From: Lama glama | Taxonomy: Eukaryota | NCBI GenBank assembly: GCA_028534125.1 | Contig: CM052817.1 | Location: forward strand, 82,710,001 to 82,774,000 | Direction of reading: 5' to 3' | DNA: 64,000 bases | In this document: piece by piece, positions 25,121-37,899 of the stretch | How the letters are laid out: each line of letters begins with the position of its first letter | Position numbering within the stretch: the stretch's first letter is position 1 | Translations under genes and position numbers: made by a program | The notes under the pieces: model-generated | Database searches by the model: none | Seen by the model: the letters and a program-made list of their open reading frames with translations, nothing else | What the model was told of the DNA's origin: nothing

Positions 25121-26825
25121 AGGCGATGTTGGTGCTAAGAAATGAGGAGCTCCCAGCACCTGGCTCTTTTATTCTGTTCATTAGAAATGGTCATCAAACA
25201 ACTGGAGGGAGGCGAGCAAAGGCAGTTACTGCCAAAGTGATTAGAATGTCAACACGTGATCTTTCAGAGAATGAGTTGACTGTACTTGAGAAAGACAGTA
25301 AAACTAGTGAACAGTGTATCAAGTGAGTGTGGTCGTCCATTTATGACAGAACTTGTCTCTGCTGATGCGTTCCTCTCCTGATGAAGGTACAGAGAAAATG
25401 CATGCTTGGGACCATGTAGGGTTAGGGTTGTGTGGGGAGATATGACACAAAACATGACAGGCAGGCAAGGGTGTATATTACTACTGAAATGGTGTTCAGT
25501 GTGAACTAAGCTGGTTCAAGAGGGAAGCTAAGAGCAGAAAAGGGACCGATGTATACCAGTGCTACTAAAATCAGAGAATTTCTTTTTCATTTTTGGTGTT
25601 ATATTTTACTTTGACATATATTTATGCATTGCTAGTAAAGATAAGCTGATTAAAGTCTGAGTCACCAGTAGGTATTAATTAAGAAGCAGAGATCTAGGAA
25701 TCTCCTGTTCCTGTTATGTTCATTGGTTAGGATACTTACTACCAAAGACTCTCATTCTAATGTCATTCTGCTCCAGCTCAGAATGTCAAAGGCAGCACTC
25801 CAAACAGAGGTCTGTGACCTCCAGAACCCTGATCACAGTTCTAAGGTATTGCAAAAATGACTACAAGTAGAAAAATGGGAAAAGAAGGCAACTGGTAATA
25901 AAAAATGATTTTTGTCACAATCAAGTAAGAGTGTTTACTGGTATTAATCAGCTCAGCAGGATTCAGAGTTCATAGTAAGGAACAGAGTTCATTACCTGAA
26001 AAGAAGGTTTACTTAAACTCTATTTAGCAGATACGGCTAAGTTTATAGACCACGCTACAGGCCAGCATACCACACAGCAAAGATCTGCCAGAGACCACCA
26101 AGGAAGTCTTTGGCCTTCTCTTCAGAGAAGCACTGACCCATGCAGCTCATGTGTGAGTCAGGCCAGACTGGCTAGCAAAACAAAACTGGACATCAGAAGA
26201 AAAGGAATACTGCTCAAAATACCCTCAAACAAAAGTCTCCTTAGTAACGTTCTATTGCTAATGTAAGAAAGACAAAGATCCTCTTTGTGGAAGGCCAGCC
26301 ACCTGGGGTTTACCAATCTCTCTTCCCTTCTTTGAAGAACTCTTTCTCCAAAATAGACGCACGCCATCCATCACAGAATAGCAAACACAATTTAACATTA
26401 AAATATTTCATTAGTTCAGAGGAATTTCAAGATATCACAGAACAACTAGGCAGTCAAAAGGTAGAATGTTTATATTATTAAATTAATTTGGTTTAAGAGA
26501 ATCTCATCTTTAAGTTCTGAATATTTACCTCATTGCTTGGAAAATTCAGTCGATGAGAGCACAGACAAGACGGGAGACACTCCTGATCTGTGTCAAAGCT
26601 CCCTGAGACTGTCCTAACAGGCTGTGTCCACTGTTCAAATTTAAATAAAATCTTGTTTTCAAGCCACGTGGATAGCTATTCTTTCCCAGTAGAACTAGAC
26701 CTTTCATTCAGAAATACCTTCAAGGATTTTGTTTTCCAACACTCCACACAAGTTTCTTGATATCTGCCTTTGCTGTTTTTCTTTTCTTTATTTCACATCA
26801 ATCCTTATGAACCCAGAACTTAACT

Positions 26826-27043
26826 GACAGTATTGCACTGGGTGAAGAGCATAGACGGTGGAGTTACAATCTGGATTTGACCTCAGCTCTGCCCCGTCCT
26901 GGCAGGAACGACTTTGAGCAAACTGGCTTAATAACTCTGGGCTTCAGTTTCTCTTCTTTAAAAAAGTAAAGGCAAAAAGAGTGCCTATTGTATGAAGTTC
27001 TGGTTTTCACAGCCTTGGCAAGTTGTGAGTTTTATGAAAGCAT
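26826..27043 (+). mobile_element. MIR SINE (tail resumes after the LTR at ~27619-27655)
   Basis: 'gaagagcatagac...cagctctgcc...gactttgagcaa...ctctgggcttcagtttctc'. Confidence 0.7.
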
Positions 27044-27618
27044 TGCCAAAGCAAAAACTGTACTGGACAGAGTTAAAAAGGTAAGAGATAATTTATTCAA
27101 GGCTATTGCAATAGGAAGAAGGTCCAGAACTTAGTCTGAACCCAACTCTGCTGAAATACAAGGTGACAAGGTTTTTAAGAGCCCAGATGAGCTAGTCAAA
27201 TAGTACTGGAGGACTTGAGGTGAGAGATTGGTCCGTGTGTTGAGCATGGTGTGTTACAGACTTCTTTCTGAGTTTGCAACTTTTTTCCTACTGTGACTCA
27301 ATCATCTTTGTTTGCTAACTGGCATCCACTGAAGTTAGGCTCCTATGCTCATACAGAAACTGAGATAGGAGGCTTCTCTCACAGACTGAGATACAGGAAT
27401 TCTGTCCTCCTCTGTGATCACATTTGAATGGGATGGCTTCTTGGTCCCTGAGTAAGATATTCCTGGGTTGTAAAACTGGCAAGAGGCTTTTAAAAAGATT
27501 TACATCTCAAAGGGATAGAGAAATAATTTAAAATTACAAGTTTTCTAAGCCTGGAGTTGGGGAGAATTCTGCTTAAGGCGCAGTCCAGCTGAGGGAAACT
27601 GCAAGGTCACCCTGGCCA
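27044..27618 (-). mobile_element. ERV1 solo LTR, MER67-like
   Basis: Reverse complement contains 'ttccctcagctggact...ttagaaaacttgtaatt...ccctttgagatgtaaatctttttaaaagcctcttgccagttttacaacccaggaat'. Confidence 0.8.
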
Positions 27619-30600
27619 GTGCCTGTTGTTGCTTACTATTATTAGCATCATTGTTTGAAACTTCTCCACCTAGTTAGTGAACACACAAAAGTAGATTTTT
27701 TAAATGTTCCTGGGATGGTATCAAGTGATATTCAGATAACTTTGGTTTTTTTGTTTGTTTGTTTGTTTTAGGAAGCCCAGAAATGTCTAAATTTAGCCCC
27801 AAACCCTTATCTTTACTCACATTTCCCAATATATGACATCGATATGAGAATCAATGGCAGATGGAAACCAAAATATCAAAAATTTTGATGAAGAGAACTC
27901 TGCGAAAACAGATTCGTTTTATGGAGCAACTCTATTTGTGAAACAAAACAAAATAAAATCTAACCAGAGCGAAAGTCTGCAGCCTGAAAACTGCTCTGTC
28001 TTTTTCAGCTAAACCTCATTGACCTTTGTAAAAAAAAAAAATGTAGTTTACAATTTTACCACATACTGGCCAACCCACCCCCCCAAAAGAAAGAAAGAAA
28101 GAAAGGGAAGTACAAGATATGGAAGGAAAGTTTGGCCTTTTTACAAATTCTGCCGTAAATGAAGTAGACAGAAAGAGAAGAAAAATCTATGTGCTTTGGC
28201 TTGTTAACATTCGATGCTCCCTACCTAGCCTCCAAAAACACTGTAAAATTGTATCTTCTGAGGTGTGGGTATCTGACAGAAGAGGAACCGGTAGAGGACA
28301 GAATAAAGGTAACACTTCCTATTTTAAAGTGATTATCACTATTTCTCCCCTTTACCGCATTTCACTGTTGGGCCCATTGACAGCTGAAAGGCCAATATTC
28401 AAATAAATAAAGACTTGGACATCTCTTATCTTGCAGGGAGGGCTGGTCTTGCTTTTAAGCTCTCAACGCCTTGCCTCAGGCTCCTTAGTATTTTGACTCA
28501 CTAGTTGGTCATCTTCAATATTCTTGGGAGAAAAGGGCTTAAGAAAATTGATAAACATTTAAATATATCTGAGAAACGAGAGAAGGATTTGAGAGAGGCA
28601 ACAGAAAGTAGTTTATGCATTTTTTTGAAAATCCAACTGAAAACTGAACGAGTTTATCATATGCGACAGATGGAATGATGAGTTTAATCCTGGGACAGAA
28701 CCTTAGGCCTTGGGATTCTCTGCGTTATGAGTATAGGATTCTGGGTTGGAATTTCACCATTAAGTGTGGTGAAGAAGTACTGCTCATGGGAGTAGTAAGG
28801 AGTGAGGAACTTGCAGGTATTGGCAGGAGATAACGGAGGAACATGTGGCATAGCCCGGACAGAGAAACAACCAAAGGAAAGAGAAAGAAGACACAGATTG
28901 ATGATGACATCAGAGAAGAGATGGAATTAGAGCAAGAGAAATGGACTGCTGTGGTCAGAAGGTGGGATAGTGAGATTTGAAGTTTTAGCAATCGTTTCAC
29001 ATTAGGGGATTTTGCATCTTTTCTTGAATTTACGGCTCTCTTCTTACTGACATTATCAACTCCTCTCCTTAGCTCATTTCCCTCTGCTGATATTCATATT
29101 GTCAAGACAGAAGATGCTTTCAATCCTTTTATTCATCAAGAAGAAGCACTTCCTTCTTGAAATATGATCTGGTATTGTAGTGTAATGGACACTTGATACA
29201 AAATGACTAAATATTACAATGGCAGCAGTATCTCAGGAAGTTAGTAGTATTAGCAGTAGTGATAGCCACGTTTTTAGTTTTGGCTTAGTAAATATACCAC
29301 TTCTGTAAAGAATTACAATACAGTAGAAAGTCTTTTAAAGCAAATTGACAATCTGGCAAGGAAATCTAAGAAGCAAGAAAAATGTGATTGAGAAATGGAA
29401 GAGCACCAGAGGTGGCTTTTCCTTTGTGGGGGGAATGGTCTGCCGAACCCTGGAGCGTTGTCTTTGCAGAACACAGGGGGCAGGCAGAAAAAACGTTCAG
29501 GGCTTGCCCAAAGTTGGGAACACAAAAGGAAACCCTCACATTAACTTCCTCAGTGTGCAGGGTAGACTAGAAATAAAACCTGACCCTTACCAAAAAGATT
29601 GCAAGGGAAGTTGTTGTCTTAGACCTCACCACAGAATAATATAATTATATGGAAAAGAAAGAAAGAAAGAAAAAAAACTCTCCCTTGAGAATTTACTCCC
29701 ACAAGATGGTATACACTTGTTTACAGATGAATTTTGTATTTCCCTAGACATTTCAAGCTGGTGATTTAGTTCCAAATGGTCTGTTTGTACTCCCAGACTC
29801 TATCAAGAAAAGTACAGTCACTATTACCTTCAAAGAAGCCCCACAGACCCAACCCCAAAAATATAAAGTGCATAACGCATGAGGAAATGAGTGTGCCCAT
29901 TAGACAACCAACAGAAACAAAACCAAGTTTTTAAAACATTAATTAAAAATAATGACTCATTTCGTTCTTCTCACATAATAAGACCATCCTCATAGCTGAC
30001 CCCAACAATAGCTTCTTTGGATCCTTAAACATGGGTTACTTGTTAGCAGCTGCAAAATTTTTTGGCCACACACCACACACTAACTGTACTTGGTCCTGAG
30101 CATACAGAGATACTGATTTATAGACACTTTGTTGAGGAGACAATCCTCAGGAAGCTATCGCATAATTGGGAAAGAAAACATACACAGTAAGATCAAAGTG
30201 AACTGAGCGCTTTAAATAACAAAATATGGATGATTTAAATTTGAAAAATCATAAATAGATCTCTTCCAAGGCTACTCACGTAAAGTTAGCCCACTGCTCT
30301 CCTGGGACCTCTAGGGAAGGAGACAGACTCTAGACAGAAAAGTAACTGGGCCCATTCTGCTTACATCTCTCACCATAACTAAAGAGGGTAGAAGTTCAGT
30401 TTTTTAGAATAATTTAAGGGGCTACAGTATTCATCTCCAGCCCCACCTTGCATTCCTGGTATCACTTCTTTAATATGACTCCCCTGGACCAATTAAATGA
30501 GTACCTCATGCTGAACTCTGGTAGCTTTTTTTTTTTCCTCTCTCTCTTCCCCAGATCTGGAGCTAACCGAGATCCAAAGCATTAACCAAGAGCAAACCAC

Positions 30601-31602
30601 AGCCCATCATGGGCATTGTACTTTACCCTGAAAAACAAGTTCCTCATCCAGCATCCTTGGAAGCAGTGAAAGTAGCTTCAATAACCTTTTAAAATGACAG
30701 CTTAGGTTACATAAGTTGGATTCACCAGACATGTCTCGTCGGACTAACTGAACTACACTGCGGTATGATTCTCCTCAGCGAGAGATTCCAGTATTCATTA
30801 CCCAACTGTGCTCCCAAATTAGAACATTGGTGGGCAAAACTTCATGTAACAGTTCAGAATATCCTTGATTCTCCCAGTAGTGGAGCTCAGAGCTGAATAA
30901 GAGGAGAGCAGCTCTTGAAACTTTAGGAGAAAAACAGCCTTGCTCTAGGTCATACATATGGCAAGGGTATTGTTTCATTAGGAATGCATTTACTAAACTC
31001 ATTTTCATTTGCAAAATGAAGTTGAAAGGATTTTCTCTATTTTGTGAATCTTGGTCCATATGACTAGGGAAAAAAAAAAAAGTAACTCAGACACCAGGGA
31101 TAGGATGGGTCTGCAGCAGATAGAATTGTTCTCTTAAAACTCCAGGATCAGGTACGTGTTTGCTTCTAAGGATGGCATGCTCATATGATCATCCAAGGAC
31201 CAGAGTTAGGATTTAAAAATCTCAGTGTCCACAGCGAGCCTGGGTGGCCCTAGTTAGTGAGTAAAGACTGAAAGCAAGATGTGACTTTCTGTTAGCAACA
31301 CTAGCCTGTGTCACTTCCTGAGTGATGTCACTTCCTACTTTCAGTTTGTGGGCCAGTTGTCCCCATGCTGGAATTTGGCCTATTCTCACTATGGGGGGTA
31401 AGTACTATCTTGTGGTCGGGACTTGTAAGGACTAGCTCAGTGTCTACTTGTTAAAAGATTCCAGCAGCCACTCTGACATGGGTCTTACGCAGAAGGTGAG
31501 TGTTAGTTAAACCCTGGGGAGAGACTTCCTGTTCCTGAATGTCATCAAGTAACCTTTTGCCAAGCTTGCTGTTGTTACAGTAATGACCTAAGTTACTGTC
31601 TG

Positions 31603-31907
31603 AAAGTTAGTCTGCACGGACGTAGAAAACAAATGATGGTCACCAAAGGGGAAAGGGCAGGGGCGGGATAAATTAGGAGTTTGGGATTAACAGATACACA
31701 TTACAAAACATAAATTAGATAAACAACAAGGACCTACTGTATAGCACAGGAAACTATATTCAATTTCTTATAATAAGCAATAATGGAAAAGAATCTGAAA
31801 AACAAAGTATATATATGTATAACTGAAACACTTTGCCTGTACCTAAAACTAACATTGTAAATTAACTGCATTTCAAAAAAATAAAATTAAAGAGAAAAAA
31901 TTAGTCT
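31603..31907 (+). mobile_element. Truncated L1 3'UTR with TSD
   Basis: Same family as 2570-2870 ('ggacctactgtatagcacagg'); TSD 'aaagttagtct' 31603-31613 and 'aaaattagtct' 31897-31907. Confidence 0.9.
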
Positions 31908-31944
31908 AACACAAAAAGAAAGTCTTTTTCTTTCATCCTGGGCA

Positions 31945-32167
31945 TCAGTAGTATTCAGAATGTTGTACACAGTCCTAAAGTAATTAAAAGATGTTTCAGG
32001 GGTTGCTATGAAAATAAAACAGCCACCAGAGAAGGTGAAGTTCGCTCCTTTGCCCCCTACACACTTCAGTCACAAGATCTTTTTTCTTCTGTCTAGTTTA
32101 TCTGCACAATATTTGTTTTAATAAAAGATTTCATTGACTACAAAAAAAGGGAAGTGGAAAATCACTG
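31945..32167. mobile_element. hAT-Charlie MITE (MER102-like)
   Basis: Degenerate TIRs 'cagtagtattca' and 'ggaaaatcactg'. Confidence 0.45.
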
Positions 32168-34249
32168 TTCTATTTAATCAACTAAAATAATTTTTGTTAT
32201 AAATTATTTGGATAGTCACAATTGTGGAGACCTTATTTCTTGCATAATGATAAGTTTGGAAAGATTTGTCTGAAACCATAACAACAAAACAAAACACCAT
32301 GGTTGTTGTCTCCGAGTTGCCAAGATGACCGACTCTGCCTGGTGGGAACATGCTGCAGGCATATTGTGAATGCCTCACACTGTACGGCCACGATAGTGAG
32401 AGTCTGCACATAAAGTAGCGCACAATAGCAAATTATGCAGTAACATTTCTAAGTGTGTCAGCAGAGCCAGTAGGGTCTGATGGAACTTACTGGGTGCTGT
32501 CTTCTGGGAGAGTATGATGGAGATCAGCAATGACACACAGATTTTGTAATTTTCACTTCTTGGTTCTAGCAAAGGTAGGGATGAATTTTTAGGTAGTCTC
32601 TGAGTGCATTTAGCATGTGAGCACAATCTCTTGCAACTGGGAATGAAGTATATGGTTTAAGAACTTGCCTAAATCTTTCTGAAGCTGTTGTTCAGATTTT
32701 GTGGGGTCTTGGAAGACATACGCTCCAAAATCAATTTGATGTTCTTGATTGCTAATGTTTGCTTTATGGCCTTAATGCTAAACATGTGTATACACACGTG
32801 GCCACTTAGTAGCCTAATGTCTGTGTGTTTGAGCAGACTAACAAACTGCACTTAATTCACCTAAGGGGATCTTTCCTGTGAGATGGGTCTTCCATCTTCA
32901 CAAATTTGCGATCACAGAATTTGAGTAAGTTCTATCAGTAGATTTAAGAGACCCCTTTTCAAAACGTTCCATTATGAAGATCTTTTCAGGACAGGTTGAA
33001 TGCAATCTTCAGCACTGATACACGTTAATGAGGAAAATGTGTCAAAGGCTACCTGACTAATCTGACATCTGATTATTCACATCAGTAATTCACTCATAAT
33101 GATACATTTTATATGCAGTACCCAATACCCAGAGTAAATATCTTAAATTAAAATAGTGTTACCCATAAAACTGCTTCACATTAAAAAAAAAGAGTGCAAT
33201 TTCTGAATGTTTACTTTAAAACAAATTGCATTTGAACATCTTCTGTATTTTCATTTTTTCCCACTTCTTTTGGCTAATAATACTGAGCACATTTTTGTTA
33301 TGAGGAAAGTGTATAAATATTCAGCTGTATATTATCAATTAGTTTTTTTGGTTAAGTTTTTTAGAACTAATGAGTTGCTTTGCCACAGGATTAGTAATAA
33401 AAGTAAATTGTCCTATGTCACTCCTTTGGTGGCTCTGATGTTGCAATGAAATTCACACTTTCCTGATAACATAGAAATATGATTCGTATATACTTTTCAT
33501 CTCATTCAGTGCCACATGTTTACCTAAGAAATCAAAGTATATATTCCTATAATAGAATGCTGTTTTGTCTCAGTGCAAGAAAAATGAGATATAGAATTAG
33601 TTGATTTCAATTTGTTTTGTAAGCTTCACATAAAAGTTTAAAAATCAGTGTGCATTTTAAATGTTAGAAGAATATTGAAAGACCCCTGTATCACCTTTTA
33701 TAACCTCTATAATAGTTCAATAGTTTCATTGATTTTTCTCTACTTTATTATTATAAAATGTTTAATTTTTTTCTCCTTATTTGGTTTCTCTCAAGTGAAA
33801 ATGTTTCTAAATAACCTCATATAATCTACTTTACTTCTTTGACTCTTTATACAAAACCTGATGTTCACCCTTTCTTCAAATGTAAGTAAACTGTATTTGT
33901 GTCAGCATACCCAATGATTTTATCTATTAATTGGGTACAGTCATCCTCAGAATTAAGTTCTGAGTAAATCTGATAGCCAGTGAATCTAATTTTACTCTTA
34001 TCTCTGAGCTCAAGCCAATTATATGACAGTATGCATTTCTCTGAAGACAGCACAAAGGGAAGACTCCATATGGGGTAGTGCCTTTATTGTGTCCACATGA
34101 TCATGACCCAAGACTTGACTGAAAAATCAGACTAATCAGAAAACTTGTCAACTTATCTTTTTTTTCAGATCTTGCAGCATTATTGAGATCAGACTAAACA
34201 AAGAAAGGTGTTGTACAAAACTCTAAGTTGTATTTCTTCAACTTACACT

Positions 34250-34362
34250 CGCTCATTTTGTTCATTTACTAAATATTAATAGAGCATCATAAGCACCAGA
34301 CACTGGACAAGATCCTGGGGACACGTGGGCCTTGTTTCCTACTCTCTTGGAGTTTACATTCC
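34250..34362 (-). mobile_element. L2 3' fragment
   Basis: 'ttcatttactaaatatt...ccagacactgg...cctactctcttggagtttacatt'. Confidence 0.65.
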
Positions 34363-34364
34363 TG

Positions 34365-34570
34365 GCACCACCATGTATGAACCAATCTTTGTATTACTCT
34401 GTGTTACTTAAACTTTCTGCCTCACTTTCCTTATCCAAAATATGTGAATCATAATGGTATATAGGAACACCATTTTGTTCTGTAGTTGAGACAGTTAAAT
34501 AGTAATATACATGAAGCATTTTAGATAAAGGCTGGGCTGAGAATGTTAGCTCTTAGTAGAAGTATTAGCA
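34365..34570 (+). mobile_element. MIR fragment
   Basis: 'gttacttaaactttctgcctcactttccttatccaaaa'. Confidence 0.55.
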
Positions 34571-35303
34571 AAATCATCTAAGAGAGAAATATAAGAAATA
34601 TTTATTATAAATGCTGGTAGTGTTATAAGGGAGAACAGCAGCTAAGGAAGATTATAACAGGATGGTCTCACAAATAATAATTATGCAACTACAAATACTA
34701 TGACTAAATATGTACAAGTGCAAGTGAGGACAGTATCTATGACAAAATAGTAAATGGCAATCTATTTGTAAATGAAAATACCATATTTGTAAATGAAAAC
34801 ATATCTGTAGGTATATGCTAATTCATTCATAATTTTTTCTAGAGATTTATCTTTAATTTTTCTCTAACTATTTCTGGATAAAATGTCAAGAAGGAAGTCA
34901 TTATAAGTCTCAGTAGGTTGGGAAAAAATGATCTGGTTTGAAATTACAAAATGGATAAATGAATATATGAGGAAATATTAAGATGGTTGTTTCATAGCCA
35001 TGTCTAAATAGCAACAAATCAGCCATAAAAGTTGCAGTCACATTCCGACCACTGCTACTAACTTCACTTCTTTTAGGTACAATCACACCAAACAATCCAA
35101 TGATCTAATTGTGTGGAAGAGTCCTTACATTTTTACTGAAGTATATTTGAAAATGTATTTCTGTATTAATAATTAGAAAGGTATTAAATTCCACAAAGCA
35201 TGCTGCCACCTTTTATATACTAAATGTTTAGTGAACATGTGAGTGTAAGGAAGGAAGGAAGTTATACTTAAATCATTGTATTAATAATGAAATTAACACG
35301 TGT

Positions 35304-35675
35304 TGTTGAAATAACTTTCTAGGCCCAAAGTGGAGCTGCTCCCAGCCTGGTGCCACATCAGCAAATCCAAACATAGAAAACTTTTGTGTCCCTGTAAATG
35401 CTCTGCTTGACTAAAAACCCAGTAGATACAGCCAGGCAATCAATCCCCATACGCTATGCCAACTCTGGGCCTTCTCACCCCAAACAAGGATGACTATGTG
35501 GCCTCAGCCAATCTGATATATAGATACAGATTTTTTTTTTTTTTAGTTTTCTCTTCCTTGTTCTTTATTCTTTACCCTATAAAAGCTTTCTAGAAGGGAG
35601 ACTGTCCATTTCGTGAAATGTTAAATGAAGCTTGTTTGTATTATCCTAACTGTCTTCTTTAGTCATTTTTCAACA
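35304..35675 (+). mobile_element. ERV1 5' LTR (MER34/MER4-group-like)
   Basis: Perfect 8-bp inverted termini TGTTGAAA...TTTCAACA; CCAAT at 35508; TATAAAA at 35578; PBS-like sequence immediately downstream. Confidence 0.85.
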
Positions 35676-36442
35676 TTTTTTGGGAGATGAGGAATGCGAT
35701 CTGAAGCTGCCTGCTAAAGGCCTACAAGACAAGGAGCGCAGGGGAGTGCCAGCTGAATCCTTGGAGCTCACTATTCCTCTGGTCATTACCAAGAGGCTGC
35801 AGCTAAGGCACTCATGGATTTGAGCTTTATTCCCTCATGTGCAGTTCTCCTACCAAAAAGAAACTTTATATATATGGTTCCCAGAAAGCTTCCAGGGCTT
35901 GTTAAAGTTCCCAAGAGATTCTGGGGTCACAGAAAAATTCCGAGATGGTTATACTGAGAGTCCACAACAGGCAGCAGCCTTCAGGGAACTCACAAAACCT
36001 CGAGTAAGTTCACAGCACATGAACTTACAAAAACTTACTTACTTACAAGAAATCTGGACTGTTTTGACCGTAAGAATCAAAATCTATGTAGGCATAAATC
36101 AGACTATTAAAAACCATCAGTGTGTCCACCACTAAAAAGAAATCTTGTGAGAAGAAGAATAGATCCAATGTTAATGGTAATCACAGAAGCCAAAGCTGCA
36201 AAATTGGTAGGCATAGGTCAAACAGTTAAAAGCATTTAGAGTGCTGGATCCCTCATTCCAAGGCTTCTGAGGTACGATAACTTGGTTATGGAAGGAGTTA
36301 GGCTGACACTAGGTCACCTGCCACCTCAAGAAAATTTCCATGTAACAAGGTACACTGTACAACACCATAAAATCCCCAAGCCAGTGGACACCACTCTTAG
36401 GTATTAATTTGGCTCCCAAAGAACCAAGGCTTAGGTAAATAA

Positions 36443-36960
36443 ATGGGATCCTCGTGTTTCAAAGAATTGAGTCCACCACCTTCCAGCACATCTGCTTATT
36501 TTATGTCTGAGAACTGTGGTCCAGGAAGCTTGAGATCTCAATCCACAAAAATGGCAAAATCTTACTAAGACAATCCAGAATTCAAGTGGACATTATGGGG
36601 AACGTTCCAGTTAGAGAAGATCATTCATTTGAAGTCATGTACTTGAAAGCAAGGGTTCCAAAATCAATCAAACAGAACGTGATACCTATTTTATGTGACA
36701 TGCAGAAGACTCCAGAATTCTCCAAAATTCCAAAATAGCTTTATTGAAAGATTCATTGCAAAAGTCTTATGAAAAATTAAAGACATAAGAGGTATCTAAA
36801 AGAAAAGACTGAAAGGCTGAAGTCACGACTCTTAGGACTCCTCTCCATCCTACTTCACCTGAGTACTCAGTCTACAGACAGTACTATTACAGAATAATCC
36901 TCTATCTGAAGTGCTTTTCCACTCTGAAAGTCTGCAAGCCCTTCAACAAAAGCCAAAGCT
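36443..36960 (+). pseudogene. gag: Disabled ERV gag (matrix plus Pro/Ser-rich segment)
   Basis: N-terminal Met-Gly myristoylation-type start; W-x-L-W-G-T-F motif resembling class I ERV matrix; frameshifts and stops. Confidence 0.7.
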
Positions 36961-37059
36961 TCCCACACCACCACAAATGCCCCCTAGCTTCCCTCAAAGG
37001 AGGGCCTCCATTTGAGCCCTTCCCAGGGGTGACGGGACTCTGACGGATCCTGTGGTAAA

Positions 37060-37170
37060 CTGCTCCGTTATTCCCTCAAACAGCTAAGGAGAAACTGAAA
37101 TTAAAATTAATGGAAAACCTTGACGAATTCTAGTAGATACCAGGGCTGTCCTCTCTACTTTCAACTCACT
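37060..37170 (+). pseudogene. pro: Disabled retroviral aspartic protease N-terminus
   Basis: ILVDTRA is the LVDTGA catalytic motif with G->R; in-frame TGA just upstream. Confidence 0.75.
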
Positions 37171-37182
37171 TGCTCTGGAGCT

Positions 37183-37890
37183 TGATGACAGGATCATGGG
37201 ATGAACAGCAGAAGCCAGTGAAGGCTGGGAGTTCTTCGCAGAGTCAGCTCTTCCGGATCCCTGGGGTGCCCAGTTGAAAGGGAAGGAGGTAAAATTTCAT
37301 GTTGTCTCACATTGGTTATTGATCCTTTACTCTCCCAGGGACAGTCATTGCCTTCTTGTTGGTCTCAATTTGTGAGAACTTGGCTTGGCTTTCTGCCAGC
37401 CTGGGACAAGCAGGTTGTTGGTTCTCACATTTGCAGGCAACTCAACTATCAGGTTGGGGGCCCAAATATACGGCCATAAAGAAGTATGGGTTGCACCCAT
37501 TTCCATCTAGATATGGCTGGACAGAAATGCAGAGGGCACTTCATCTGTACCTAGGATCCCGCAGACTGGGCCAGCTCTCAGATGAATGGTCTGAACCTTT
37601 TTTTCTTTTCGTTATGTTTGGGAGTGGCTCTGGATCCTGGGAGAGTAGTATCTTTTTCATCCTCTTTGGGGTACCTCTTGGGTCCAGAAGGTCATTCCAT
37701 ACTGCCAGGAATACTTGCTGTTTGTCACAGCTGAAACCTTTTGCTTTCTTTCTATTTTAAGCTCCATGGTCAGAAGTTGGCCAAATTGCAAGCTGATATT
37801 CAAAGCCTGATAGGAATTTTTTGTTTTTAGGCCTTCTTTCCTAAGCTAAATGAAACTATGAAGCCAAAGCAAAAGAAAAACATTCCATTT
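37183..37890 (+). mobile_element. Second ERV1 leader/internal segment starting with a PBS-like sequence
   Basis: 'tgatgacaggatcatgggat' then 'gagtcagctcttccggatc...aggtaaaatttc...ttggttattgatccttt', resembling MER4-group internal leader. Confidence 0.6.
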
Positions 37891-37899
37891 AACCTTACT

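Larger units (their letters stand above)
35676..37170 (+). mobile_element. Degenerate ERV1 internal region: PBS, leader, gag matrix remnant, protease remnant
   Basis: PBS-like 35681-35700; ATG at 36443 gives MGSSCFKELSPPPSSTSAYFMSENCGP, and after frameshifts DNPEFKWTLWGTFQLEKIIHL; 37088-37165 reads GETEIKINGKP*RILVDTRAVLSTF. Confidence 0.82.

Noticed and set aside
34763..34799. 16-bp direct repeat with 21-bp period
   Set aside because: Ordinary two-copy slippage duplication, not an array.
37356..37760. 134-aa ORF
   Set aside because: TTG start, lies within an ERV leader-like region, no recognisable gag/pol/env motif.
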